Source: Felis catus
Lineage: Eukaryota
DNA length: 64,000 nucleotides
Direction of reading: 5' to 3'
Assembly: GCF_018350175.1 (NCBI RefSeq)
Contig: NC_058368.1
Location: 105,588,001 to 105,652,000 of the forward strand
Under the pieces are notes generated by a model. That model had not been told where the DNA came from and made no database searches. It was given only the letters and a program-made list of their open reading frames with translations. The position numbers and the translations under genes are program-made. This document shows, one piece after another, positions 49,701 through 61,520 of the stretch (positions within the stretch are counted from its first letter, which is position 1; each line of letters opens with the position of its first letter).

Positions 49701-52651
49701 TCTTTCATGTCTGGTTTCCTCTGGGTCTGTAGACAGGAGGACTCTCCTGTGCTTGTGGCCCAAACCTCCAGGGCCATAGCCCGTGACTCCAGGAAGCAAA
49801 GAGCGGGGTAGAGATTGTAGATGCTCAAGACCACATGAGGACTCCTAAAGATTCCCTAGAGGTGCAGTCCATTTAGGAGACATGGCCAGGATGCTGTTTA
49901 CCTGGGATGAGGTCCTACAAGCTAGTGGGGAGGCCATAGTTTCATGGCCATGCTTAGGAAGGAACTTTGCATGAACATGCAGGTGCATTCTCCTGGTAGT
50001 GGTTTTGGTAATGGCAGGGGGAGGAGGAGGAGGAAGAGGAGGATGAGGAGGAGGGGGAGTTGACAGTAAGTACGCGCTGTGGGCTAGGGCCTTCATGCTG
50101 ACCACACAGCCTCTACTGTCTCACTCAATCCTCTCAGCCACGCAGTAGGGAAACATCACCCTAGGAAAGAAGCCAAGGCTCAGGGACGTTAGGTAGCTTG
50201 GGATCCAGAGGAGGAGAAGGAGTGGGAGGAGGAGGAAGAATTCACACTGGTGTGCTGAGCGACCTCAGCATCATGTCCTCTCCCCTTTTATTTACAACTA
50301 ATTGGACAGTCATAACCAGATGAAAGTGCTTTGCACATGACATCAGGACACCCCGGGGGATTTCTACCAACCAGTGCATCCGAAAGTGGGTGGATAGGAT
50401 CTTGGAGAGGGCTTCAGATCCAAGGGAGACAGTGAACCTGTCCCACCCATGTGCCAAACTCAGTTTGGCCTGATGGAAGGTTTCTTTCTTTTACTTGCAA
50501 GGTGATACTGCCTCAGAGGTTGACATGCTGAATTTAATGAGCTGTACATTGTATTTCAGGACTCCACTGTTGTGCATTGCTGAAGGGATTTTCAAAGAGA
50601 ATTTGGGTTGAACACGTACTCCTTATTAAGCAAGAAAACCGTGGCTTTGAGAGAGCAATCATGGTTAAGAAAACAAAACAAAACAAAACAAAAAACAACC
50701 AGAAGCTAGATATCAAAGGCATGGTGTCTGAGATCACAAACAGGGCTGTCCCACTCACTTCCTGTGGGGTGTTAATGAGTCTCCGTCTTTCCCCTTTCTC
50801 TCCAGAAGCCTAAAGCTTTCCCTTTATTTATTTATTTTTTTAAACATAGTGCTATGTTTCGGTCTTTCCCAGTGGATTTGTCTCTGTCTTTAGACAGCTT
50901 CCAGTAATCCCCTCAGGGTCTCAAAGATGTGTGATTTACACTCTGTCCAAAGTCTTTGGAGCATGAACAGAAGTGGTTATTTGAATAAATTATGTATATT
51001 CTCTTGTGGACTCTTGTAGATTAGGAGTACAAATGAGCCACAAGAGGCATGGAAAGGAGTGAGTGGAATAGATGGTCTTTCAGGGAGAAGGGAAAATTTT
51101 CAAATTTCCAGTTCATCCTTGAGGAGCAAGAATATTTTTGTTAATCAAAATATTTGTTAATCAAAATATGCTAACCCTATGAAATTGCCATTCTGTAACT
51201 AAATCAAATGTGGCAAAATGTCAGCGATTCCTCCTGGTTGATTTTAACAGAGGAATTAACCGTTTTCCTTGAAGCATCAGGGATAAGAACATAAAGGTTT
51301 GTAGGACTCACACAGATTGATCCTCTGTCATTTTAGTTGTATTTTCCACCCTCCACCCCAAGCATTAGTTTTGTGAACCAAGAAAGCAATGAATGCAAAA
51401 TAAAACCTTAGGTTATTTAGAAGGGACAGACCATAATGGATGATCCCACTTGATATTCCTAGATTGTGCAAAATGGGAGGTGTTTGAATTTAGAGTAAAA
51501 TCCCTGGATTATTTTCATTGTTCTTGTGCAAACGTGACCAACTTGCATTTACTACAAGTAAGCAGCAAAATCAAAAATCAGAAACAACTAAATTTTTAAA
51601 AAGTCCAAGTCTAAATGCTAATGCAAAGAGAATTCTTGGCTGAAGACCAAATTATTGCTTATTATATAACTAATACCTGTATGCACTGGACTCGGTATAC
51701 ATATCTGGGCTTACTTTACTCTTGTACAAACTTTTCTGTGCCTTACCCCAAGTAATTTCTGAGGGGACAGTTAGTGGGAATGACAAAATGATACAGAATA
51801 GATCATTAGCAGTTAGTTACCAGAGATACACAACTTAATCATGGCTGTGTCAGGGCTCACAGTTAAGAGAATTGTGATAAGGCAAGCAGAGGTGTCTGAG
51901 AACGTTCTTCCTAGGAGCATCTTGAGGTAGCCGTTTCTTTCCAGTACATTCTTCTGTGGAAAGCCCTGCATGGTCTTTAATCCCTTCTGTGTAGAGCCCC
52001 TGATGGTGTGGATTCTCAAATTTCCTTTAAGGGCAGGTTAAAGGTAAACTTAAGAGTGTTGTTGCTCACCGTTCAGAGTCAAATTTGGTTGCGGGTGATT
52101 TCACATCAGGAGTGCTCATGTGTTCCCAGTAACAGTTGCCAGATGAAAGTGCATACCTGTGTTAAGACCTAAAGCATGCCCTGAGGCAAATACTTTCCTT
52201 ACTCCACGCAGCTCATTTCTGGTTGGCAGAGAGCAGCATTAGGATCAGTCATAACATTTCCTTGTTTTCTTATGCCTAGGTGAGAAACTTGGGCGTACGA
52301 ATCCCCCAACTTTGCAGTGAATGGACTTCTGAGACATTTCTGTGCTTATTTCAGCAGTGTATCAAAAACCATAGTGGCTAGATAGTAACTTCACATGTGT
52401 AGCCACTTACCCACTGAGGAAAGTCTGTAACGCTGCAAGAGATGGGAAGTTTGGGGGTTTTTTTTTTAGATGAGGATGCTATTTGGCCTGGGGAATGCTC
52501 ACTCTGTACTTTTGCTTAAAAACTTAAGTTCAGGAAAAACCTTAAAGAAGGCAGACTCAGAGAATGTTTGCACTTCCTCACAGGTGCTTTAATGCAGTGG
52601 CCCTCAGAGCCTATGTGGGGATGACATAAACAGATTCTCAGGTCTCTAGAA

Positions 52652-52653
<2 letters not shown>

Positions 52654-52698
<45 letters not shown>

Positions 52699-52709
52699 GG
52701 GGGGGGGGG
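52654..52709. repeat. (GT)22 followed by G11
   Basis: Direct reading; ~250 bp past the FBN2 poly(A) signal. Confidence 0.95.
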
Positions 52710-52939
52710 CTGCTCCTAGCAGTCTTAGAATCTATGCAGAAGGAAAGGACCTACTGTCTTGAGTTTGGCCTTCTACATGAATATGACTTTACGTTGTAAT
52801 TGTCACTTGAACACTCCTGCTTACTTTGTGTCACAGATTGGACAGCATTCTCTTGTCTTCCTACAGTTGTGCCCTGGCCGAGCCCTCCCCCACCCACACA
52901 CAAACAGGGATTGTAGTCCCATAAAACTCTCAGCCAGAA

Positions 52940-54175
52940 AACTACCCCAAAATAAGCTTTATTGCAAGACAAGTGTCATATTTGATACATAGACCTACAA
53001 AAACAAAACCAAAACCATAAGTTTTTCCTCACAAACACTTGATTACAAATTTACACTGTTTCTTTTTATTTATTTATTTTAGGTATTAAAAAACAAAACA
53101 GAACAAAACCCCAAACTGGATATAACTGGTTATGAATCTTTGGTCAGCACAGGTGTGAGAGGAACAACCCGGAGCCTGCATGTGCTTCTGGCCATTTCAC
53201 ATATGAGGTTTGGTCACCGGTCCAGGGACAGGTTCTTGGGTTGAGAAGTACACGGGGACATCCTTTTAATTAGCACGTCCCGGTACAGGATGTTTTCAAA
53301 ATGACTAAAGCAAACTAAACATCAATTCATTGTACAAACATCTTTCATACACAATAGGCTATGATAAAACGAGGCATATGGTGTATAACTACAGTATTAA
53401 TGAAAATTCTAAAAAAAAAAAAATGGATTCAAAACAAAACAACATATATTCCTTGGCTGTACTGCATGATTTGTTTGCACATATGGCAGTCCTGAAACAG
53501 CTTGAACATAATAAATGCACCATTAATCTAAGACAGCACCGAACACTAGAGAACGCCAGGGGTCCCTCTGCGAAGGACTGGCAGTTCCGGAGCTGCCTGC
53601 GGCGCCACGCATGCGCGGCGCACCCTGGGTAAGAATGAGGTGGTGTGGGGAGCACGCGGGCTTCCTTGAGGTTCTAGGAGGAGGAGATACAGTACGGTTT
53701 GGCCCTGCAACGCTACTGGTCTCACAAGCAGTCAAGGTATTTTGCTACAGTGGTTGCGCCTCATCTTCCGTTGCCTGGTGTGTCTGCTGATGTGAAATAT
53801 CGTCACGCTGAGCTGCTGTGGCTCTGATCGCCTTTATCCAGGATCTAATGGCATTTCCGTCTTTTCAAAGTATTGATTACACGGCCCATACAGCTCTGTG
53901 AGGCTTTCTTTAAAACAATCGGATGTGTACCAGTTGGACGACTGGCAGAAAAACCAAAGGAAACATCTCTTGAATCTACTGGATTTTTAAAAAGCACCTC
54001 TAAAAGACATAGCTCAAATTTATAAATCTAAAGAAAAACAAGTGAGTTTCCCTTTTTTGTTTACATAGTTTGTTCATTTCTCCATATATTACTGCATTAA
54101 AAATAAATAAACATCTATATTTTTTTTTAATTAGCAACTATAGCAAAATACCCAAAGTGTTACAGACTGCTAACA

Positions 54176-54213
<38 letters not shown>

Positions 54214-54539
54214 CACATTATTTTTGTGCATTTAGTGCCATATGCTGATCTCTTGAACATTTAATTTTAGTTTTTTTTTTTAATATATTTTAAAGTGAAG
54301 TTATATAAAAAATACAGTAACCACGGTTGCCTCTGTACTCAAATCTTTGGCCATACCAGAGTCTCAATTATCCCTCCCTGTGAGGGTCAACATTCTGGAG
54401 TCTGAGACAGGGAGGAAAGAAATAAAAGTTGTCTTTCCCGCCCCCCGCCCCCATCTTTAAAATTAGTCCTTGATTTCTCAGAGGCTTCTGCAGGCTGGCT
54501 GTGCAGGGATTTGAGCCTGGAACCAGGTCTTGTAAGGGG
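52940..54539 (-). other. FBN2: FBN2 3'UTR (~1.6 kb; end approximate)
   Basis: Repeat-free AU-rich stretch from the stop codon to an AATAAA at 52958-52963 with a GU-rich downstream element. Confidence 0.75.
52958..52963 (-). terminator. Probable distal polyadenylation signal of FBN2 (AATAAA)
   Basis: tttatt on the + strand. The minus strand reads GCAATAAAGCTTATTTTGGGGTAGTTTTCTGG...TGTTTGTGTGTGGG (U/GU-rich downstream). Confidence 0.7.
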
Positions 54540-54914
54540 TTAATAGAGCTGAATCTGCAGCCTCATTCTGAGAGCCTCCCCGAGCTCCCCTACGAGGTAG
54601 TCATCCTCATTGTGGTCTTCCAGTTTCTTAAGCTCCTTCTTCTTGTAGAGAGGGATGCTGGTGATTTCCAGTGTGTATGTGCCAGGCACCAGCTTCTTCT
54701 TGGCCGTGTGCAAGTAGCTGAGCCCGTTTCTTTGGTGGATGCGGAAGATGCCCTCGTCGTTCCCTTGGGAGATGACATAGCGAATGTGGTTGTTGAGGGG
54801 CTCGATGGCGGGCATGAGTTCTAGGATGTGCTCCTTCGAGCCAAGGCCCGAGAGGTTGAACTTCATTTTCATGGGGCTGTCCATGTCGACGCTCTCCAGA
54901 CTGATGTGTTCAAC
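54540..54914 (-). CDS. FBN2: Fibrillin-2 last exon, coding part (C-terminal propeptide/placensin region, TAA stop)
   Basis: [33 protein letters not shown]...[13 protein letters not shown], recognisable as the fibrillin-2 C terminus. Polypyrimidine acceptor tcttcctccag|GTT. Confidence 0.97.
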   Translation of the reverse strand, partial: VEHISLESVDMDSPMKMKFNLSGLGSKEHILELMPAIEPLNNHIRYVISQGNDEGIFRIHQRNGLSYLHTAKKKLVPGTYTLEITSIPLYKKKELKKLEDHNEDDYLVGELGEALRMRLQIQLY

Positions 54915-55974
54915 CTGGAGGAAGAGCAGGAAGGGATGTGGGAAGAGATTCGAAGGCAGAGGCAGAGGGACTGGGAAGGGACGTGTTGGCTGCAACCACC
55001 CTGTGTAGGCCCTGCGCCAGAAGCGCTTGTGAAGGAGGCTGCTGTGACTTCCTGTCAGCTGGGGGAAAGGTCAGTCCCACAGAGCTGTCAGCCCTGAGCT
55101 GAGCCCACAGAGAGCGTTCACATTTGAAAACATTTTTTGATGAGTTTATGGAATAACATGCTGATTAATAATAATTTAAGAATAATTTAAGAAATGATTA
55201 TATATTTTTTTTCTGGAGTCTAAATCAGAAGTGTAGCTATTAGCGAACAGCAGGGACTATCCTCAGAACAGTCTTCATTCTGAAGGCTAGGTGTGATCTG
55301 TGAGGCCCCCACACCGTGAGTGGAGTGCGTTTACTGGGTGTTTGGCGTTTTTAGTGCACACCAAGGGACCTGCAGAGTTTTGGGCTTGGGTTTGAGTCTG
55401 CTTTGGTTAAAACAAAACAAAACAAAACAAAAAAACCAGTGGGGCCAGGCCCAGATAAATCAAGTCTCACTTGGACAGAAGGATGGGAAGTTTTAGAATT
55501 CTATTTTAGTAATACTGGAAAAATCTAAAGCTCTGAGTTGATGCCTTTAAGTCAGAACTTGGCTCTGGTGCTGCAGAAGGGCCCATCAGTGATCAGACAG
55601 AATCCTGTGCCCATTACCACTGTGGCAAGTTTTAATAAGCAAAATTTCTGGATTTTTGGTTAGGGGCACCGGATGAATATTTAAACAGTTAGGTACCTCC
55701 GTCAACTTAAGGTAAATGTAACACTGGCTTGTTTATTATTATAAAAGAGAACCAAAGACATTTTGTCTAGAGAAGTCTAGTCTTACAGGTAAGGAAAGTT
55801 TCTGAAGTTCAGAAACAAACAGTTTCAGTTCAGAAAACTGAAACAAGTCCTCTAACTCACACAGCCAGTTAGTTGTTTTCTTTGGTGGGGGAATTTTGCA
55901 GTAATGTTAACTGAAGAAGGTGGTGCTAGCCCTGATCTTTGGGCAAATCATCATCTGTGGATACCAGGTAATAA

Positions 55975-56150
55975 TACCTGGTGACATTTACTAACATGTC
56001 AGGCACTGTTCTGGGCACTTCACAGTGACAACACCATCTTCTTGTCAGCCTTCAAGGTTAAGTATTTTAATCCACATTTTACAGGTGAAGAAATTGAGGG
56101 AGAGAGAGGTTAAGTGAACATGCCCCATGAAACACGGGTAGTAAGTGGGG
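55975..56150 (-). mobile_element. MIR remnant in FBN2 last intron
   Basis: caggcactgttctgggcac...cattttacaggtgaagaaattgagg...ggttaagtgaacatgccc. Confidence 0.7.
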
Positions 56151-56745
56151 AGGGTCCGGGAACATTTCAAACCACATAGGCATGGCCTTACCTTTTAACT
56201 ATTCAGGTAAATGTCATTGATAGCAAAGACCCATGGGCAGGCAATTCAGATTTTCAGTTCCTTACAAAATACACTTTACTTGGAGATAAAAATTTTGTTT
56301 TCTTATATGGGAGGAATCCTTATTCTTACAAATGTCATAGAATATGAGACCTTGTTGGCTTATCTACTGAGAATTAAAAGCAACCTGGTGTGCTACATTT
56401 GTATAAGACACAAATGGACACATTCAAAATAATTTATTTCAATCATTTTATAATAGCTATTTCCGAGATGGATGTTTTTCCCTCTGGCACAAATCAAAAA
56501 CAAAAACATAGGATCTGAAACTATGACTGATAAAGTTCCCCCCCCCCCCCACACACACCCAGTCCTTGTGTTTTCAGTTAATACTGCCCCTAATTTTGTC
56601 ATGCCTCTGCCATATTGTGTCTGTTAATTATGACCTTTCAACAAACTGTCCACAGAGACTGGAACCTATGTTAAAGTTTACTGCAGAGTATGCGTGACGG
56701 TGTGAGGATAAAATCTTGTGACAGAACCAAGCCAGGGTTACTCAC

Positions 56746-56917
56746 GGTAGTGGGCTCTGGGTCGTGAACGCTTCTCTTCTGTCTGCCGTCTTTCTTAGAG
56801 TAGCCATTGATTTTGCACTCATAGCATGCTTCTGGGGACAGAGCGTTTTCCTCGTCCACCTCCGCATCCAGGGACAGGTACTGCCCTTTGTTAAATCCCA
56901 TTCCTGAGACGCAGTGG
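56746..56917 (-). CDS. FBN2: Fibrillin-2 penultimate exon containing the RQKR furin cleavage site
   Basis: [57 protein letters not shown]. Acceptor aatag|C, donor ACC|gtgagt. 172 nt. Confidence 0.97.
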
Positions 56918-58096
56918 CTATTTGCAATGAGAAGCAAGGCATTGTGAGACTTCACAGGGTGTGACCACAGGGTTCCAGTGGGAGACCAAAGACTTTTTAG
57001 AAACAGGAAACCAACAGAGTAAACTCTAAGCTCAGAAACACCAACACCTAATAGTCTTGGTAACTTTCCCTTCACCAACACTTAATACACGAGGTTCTCC
57101 CTCATTTTGAGCAACATTCTTCTCAGAATGAGCCCCAGGCCTCTCCAATTTTCATTCCTATTTAGACTGAAGCACTCAGGTATAGTTATATCAAGAAGGC
57201 TAAAAAACCAAACAAAAGCAAAGTATGAATTTCAAAAGAGAATGCTTAAGAGAATTTCTGTTGCTTTACAAGCCTGAAGCCTGTGCTTGATGCTCTCAGG
57301 GTGGCTCTGTGCTTTAACAGCTGGGATTTCTGAGCTCCTCTTAGGGTTAGTGAGAGTCACCGAGTTGGCTGTAAATGACCTGTTGTCTGGACCATGACCT
57401 TGGTGTTCAGGCATTATCAGGTAGCAGGGGTGGACAGATGAGTCCGCACCCCTCAGTGCCTGACTCACTCCCTGTTCCTTCTGGGGAAGGTGACCTTGAC
57501 TGACTTGTAAATTCCCATCTTCTGTGCTGTGTGAGGCCCAGCTGCCTTGAAGGAAGGATGTGGGTGGCTAGCGCCTCCAATGTGCTTGAGACGGCTCACT
57601 TGGGAAGGTGCCATTAGCTGGCGGGAGCCCAGCCTCGTGGTGGTGCCACGCTGACCAGGCACATCCGCTCTGGGCACTATACAGCCAGATGAGCAAAGAG
57701 AGGGAAAGACTCCTTCCTTAGGGACCACTGGGTTAGCACTTGCCAAAATTCATAGAAAAATCTCGGGTGAAGCCATCCCACTTACACCTCATAATCCAGG
57801 TGTCAGTGACAACACGGGAGCAGGGTTTTTAAAATGTCCCTGGCCTTGAGGGATCTGAGTGAATCAATTCAGGCCATTCTGAGGGGCTGGAGAGTGACAC
57901 CTGTATGAAAGCGGGTCTCAAATGCACCACAGAGGAGGTTATTCTACTGCACCTCACCCATGTGCCTTCCTGGCGGTCCTTCTTCCCACATCCCAAGTCC
58001 TCTGACCCGTGCTTTTTGCCTCCCGGGCAACATTAGCTTTCCCTTAGGTGCCGGGACCGCGCTTGCTTCCCAGCGCGGAGAGGTGGGTGGCCTTAC

Positions 58097-58328
58097 CCCT
58101 GTCCCACTCGGTAGTAGCCGGGCGGGCAGCCACAGAGGTAGCCCCCTTCTGTGTTGGAGCAGCCGTAGTTGCAGGGGTTCTTGGAGGACGAGCACTCGTT
58201 GACATCATGGCAGGCGCTGGAGAACTGGTCGAAGGAGAAGCCCGAGGGGCAGACGCACTTGTAACCCCCCAGGGTGTTGTAGCAGGAAGCGGAGCCACAT
58301 GCATTGGGATTGGAGCATTCGTTCTCGT
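58097..58328 (-). CDS. FBN2: Fibrillin-2 coding exon (3rd from last; two cbEGF domains)
   Basis: (D)[77 protein letters not shown]. Acceptor gttcctag|AC, donor GG|gtaagg. 232 nt, frame-compatible with neighbouring exons. Confidence 0.97.
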
Positions 58329-58714
58329 CTAGGAACAGAGTAAGAAACTCTTACCCAAGGGAGGGGGCGGGAGGTGAAGGAGAGCCTGGCTGTCAGAGGA
58401 ATGACAGTTTCGCGTGGACATACCTCTAGAAGCGTATTTAAAAAATGCTCACTCTGATGGTTGATTGGCAAAGCTTACAAAATTAAAAACAAAAAAACCC
58501 AAAAAAACCCCAGACAAAATTCCCCTCACTTAGGGCTTTAAAAAAACCCTGGCCCTCCCCTTTAATTTTCTGTCTGTGCTATATTCCTGAATAGGATGGC
58601 AGCCTTTGGGTACAGATGTAGGCAGTCTGCCTACTGAACAACTTCTATTCTTGGAACCTAAGGTTACTTCAAAAGCCTGTCTCTCAGATCCAAGGAGATA
58701 CAAAGTACATCACT

Positions 58715-59142
58715 ACATTTCAGGGGCCACAGGGAGGGAGAAATGGAGAATGACTCCTTAAGGGTATGGAGTTTCTCTCTAGGATGATGAAAATGTGTGG
58801 GAGGTGATGATTGCACACTTCTGTAAGAATATACTGAACACCACTGAACTGCACACATTGTGTTTTTAGTTCTTTTAACGTTTTTGTTTCTGAGAGAGAC
58901 AGACAGAACGTGAGCAGGGGAGGGGCAGAGAGGGAGGGAGACACAGAATCGGAAGCAGGCTCCAGGCTCTGAGCTGTCAGCACACAGCCCAGCTTGGAGC
59001 TCGAACCATGAACTGGGTGATCATGACCTGAGCTGAAGTTCGGTGCTTAAGCGACTGAGCCAGCCACCCAGGAGCCCCTGAACTGTACACATTTTGAAAA
59101 GATGACTTTTATGATAAGTGAATTATATCTCAATTAAAAAAA
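58715..59142 (+). mobile_element. Old L1 (L1MB-like) 3' terminus in the FBN2 intron, split by a SINE
   Basis: gggtatggagtttct...gatgatgaaaatg...ccactgaactgcacac...gtgaattatatctcaattaaaaaa. Confidence 0.7.
58860..59078 (-). mobile_element. Can-SINE in FBN2 intron
   Basis: TSD tgaactg(c/t)acacatt at 58845-58859 and 59079-59093. Confidence 0.92.
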
Positions 59143-60601
59143 ACCTATTTCTACACACGTTTCCATTCCCCTAGCAATTCCCAAATTCATTCTATGTGGG
59201 TAGAAAACATATGTAAAAATTCAAATACTATGAATTACAAAGTAATTAAAAGAAACATTATTTAATTCAATTTATTGAACTGGAAATCTAGTATGCTTGT
59301 AACTACTTGAGAACCCATTAGGTGCAGCCTGTATCTTCTGGGAGAGGTTTGCATTCAGCAAATGCTAACCTAGGTTTTACCAGTTTAATAACTAACCTTA
59401 CACTGTACATTCCTGCCTGCAGGATAATGACAGGTTCTACTTTCAGTCGCTCTTATTTTTACAAAAATCAAAGCCTGATTGTGCTTTTAACTGCGGAGAT
59501 TACAGTTTTGCTCTTCACTGCCTGGTTGATACATAGCATGTGGCTTGACTCCTCTGGGCTTTATCATAATCCACATTTCACCCTGGGCTCAAGTCACATC
59601 TGCTCCGTGGAATTCTTATGACCCCAGTGGAGCACAATGTGGCTGTTTCCCTGATATGTGACAAGTTTACGTTTCAGCCCACGTGGGGAGACGGTCCATT
59701 TGCAAGGAGATGTGCGTCTGGAACACAACTACAGGGAGGTTTACGGGGGTGCAGGGGCAATCTCCGAGCCCTGGCCTCTCAGGAAATTTAACTCCATGCA
59801 GTAAAGCCCACAAGTTACCAAAAGGATAGATGTGAATGAATTAGGCAATTTTTGTGTAAGGATTATAGCTTCAGAATTAGACCAGCAAACAGAGAGTGCT
59901 GGATATACAACTTGATAGGATTACTTACTGTGTATGAGTTCTTAGTCTTCATTTCATGGGGAGAAAAGTATTTAAGTGAATTCTTAATAACTAGGCTACC
60001 TCGGACATAGGCATAACTGCTGTTTTATTTCTATGTTCAAAAGACTTGCATTTCTGCCATGAAGGCTGACCTGCTTCAGTCATTCAATCTGACATTTATA
60101 TGCAGTGTTTCTCTCCTAACAGAAAATACAAATTAGGTTATAATTTAACAAAATGATCCTGCTATGAATATAGGATTAGACATTGTGTTAGGTAGGAAAA
60201 TTACCAGGGAAAGGCAATTAACTGAGTAAATTGCATTTACGTACTGTTGACGAGAATATTTAAATATGTGTCATGTTTTTGTAAGCTCCAAAATGTACTC
60301 ATGTGTTACAAATGTATGTTGTGGTATATTTTTGTGGACTTAGGTAATCTCACTTGTAAAATATTTTCATGTTTAATACATACTTTGTCTCATGCTTCAC
60401 TGATTAATAATTTTTTCCATGGGCAAGTGTTAATATTCACTTATTTTCAATTTTGAATAATTAATAATGGTTGCAACGATTTGGGAATGTTACCTACCTA
60501 CATCTGTACAGTGTATGTGCCAGAATGTTATAAATGTTCTCTGGCAAGTGGCTGGAGACTTCTTAAAGTGTTCATGAGAATCAAAACCTTTCTTTAGTAT
60601 T

Positions 60602-60825
60602 GGGGCACCTGGGTGGCTCAGTCGGTTAAGCATCCAACTTCGGCTCAGGTCGTGATCTCATGGTTTGTGGGTTTGAGCCCCGGGTCGGGCTCTGTGCTGT
60701 CAGCTCAGAGCCTGGAACCTGCTTCAGATTCTGTGCCTCCCTCTCTCTCTGTCCTTCCCCCATTCATGCTCTCTCTCTGTCTCTCAAAAAATGAATAAAC
60801 ATTAAAAAAAATTAAAAAAAAAAAA
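60602..60825 (+). mobile_element. Can-SINE in FBN2 intron
   Basis: Full head, CT tract and A-tail. TSD aaaaccttt...agta. Confidence 0.93.
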
Positions 60826-61343
60826 CCTTTTTCAGTAGTAACACAAACTGTCATTTTCCTTAAGTTGGCAACAGTATTACAACATTGTAGGCTGACAATT
60901 TAATATTATTAAAATTATCTGATACACTGACTATAACAGTTTGGTCCCTTAATTCTGTATCCTTCCCCCTTCAATCCTATGAATGACTAATGATATTTAC
61001 ACACACAGGTAACAGATAAAAATAATTTGCGGCCTTTCAACTGGCTTTTTGTCATAATTCTTGTTCTTTTGACAAGTTGTTGCTTTTATTAGTTCCTGAT
61101 GGCTTAATTCCATCCCTGACATATATTTGAGTTAAAATTCCAACTGGAATTATGTGTGTTCAAAGCAAGGAAGTCAGCAATTAAAGTAGAGACCAGCTGG
61201 ATTCCTCAACCTTGAACAGAAGAATCTAGAAACTTCCAAATAAATCCCTGCTGTTACACTGTGTGAGCTTCTCTGGGGTGACTGCCTTGCTGAAGTGCCC
61301 ACTTGGAGGATCCCACAAAGGGGAATTAGGATGTACCATACAT

Positions 61344-61520
61344 GGGGCACCTGGGGGGCTCAGTTGGTTAAGCATCTGACTCTTGATTTCAGTTCAGGTT
61401 GTGATCTCATGGTCTTGAGATTGAGTCCCCTCATTGGGCTCCATGTGGAGCCTGCCTGGGATTCTCTCTGCCCCTCCCCAACTCGTCTCTTTCTCTCTCT
61501 CAAAATAAATACATTTTTAA
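61344..61520 (+). mobile_element. Can-SINE in FBN2 intron
   Basis: ggggcacctggggggctcagttggttaagcatctgactcttg. Confidence 0.9.

Noticed and set aside
51137..51168. 16-bp tandem duplication TTTGTTAATCAAAATA x2
   Set aside because: Ordinary slippage duplication with no evidence of function.
54501..54824. 107-aa plus-strand ORF antisense to the FBN2 last exon
   Set aside because: Shadow ORF of a GC-rich coding exon with no independent support.
54915..54995. N-terminal extension of the 151-aa ORF at 54540-54995
   Set aside because: Intronic polypyrimidine tract upstream of the acceptor; the exon starts at 54914.
55822..55844. 9-bp inverted repeat GTTTCAGTT-N5-AACTGAAAC in the FBN2 last intron
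   Set aside because: Too short for a pre-miRNA or MITE; expected by chance in 64 kb.
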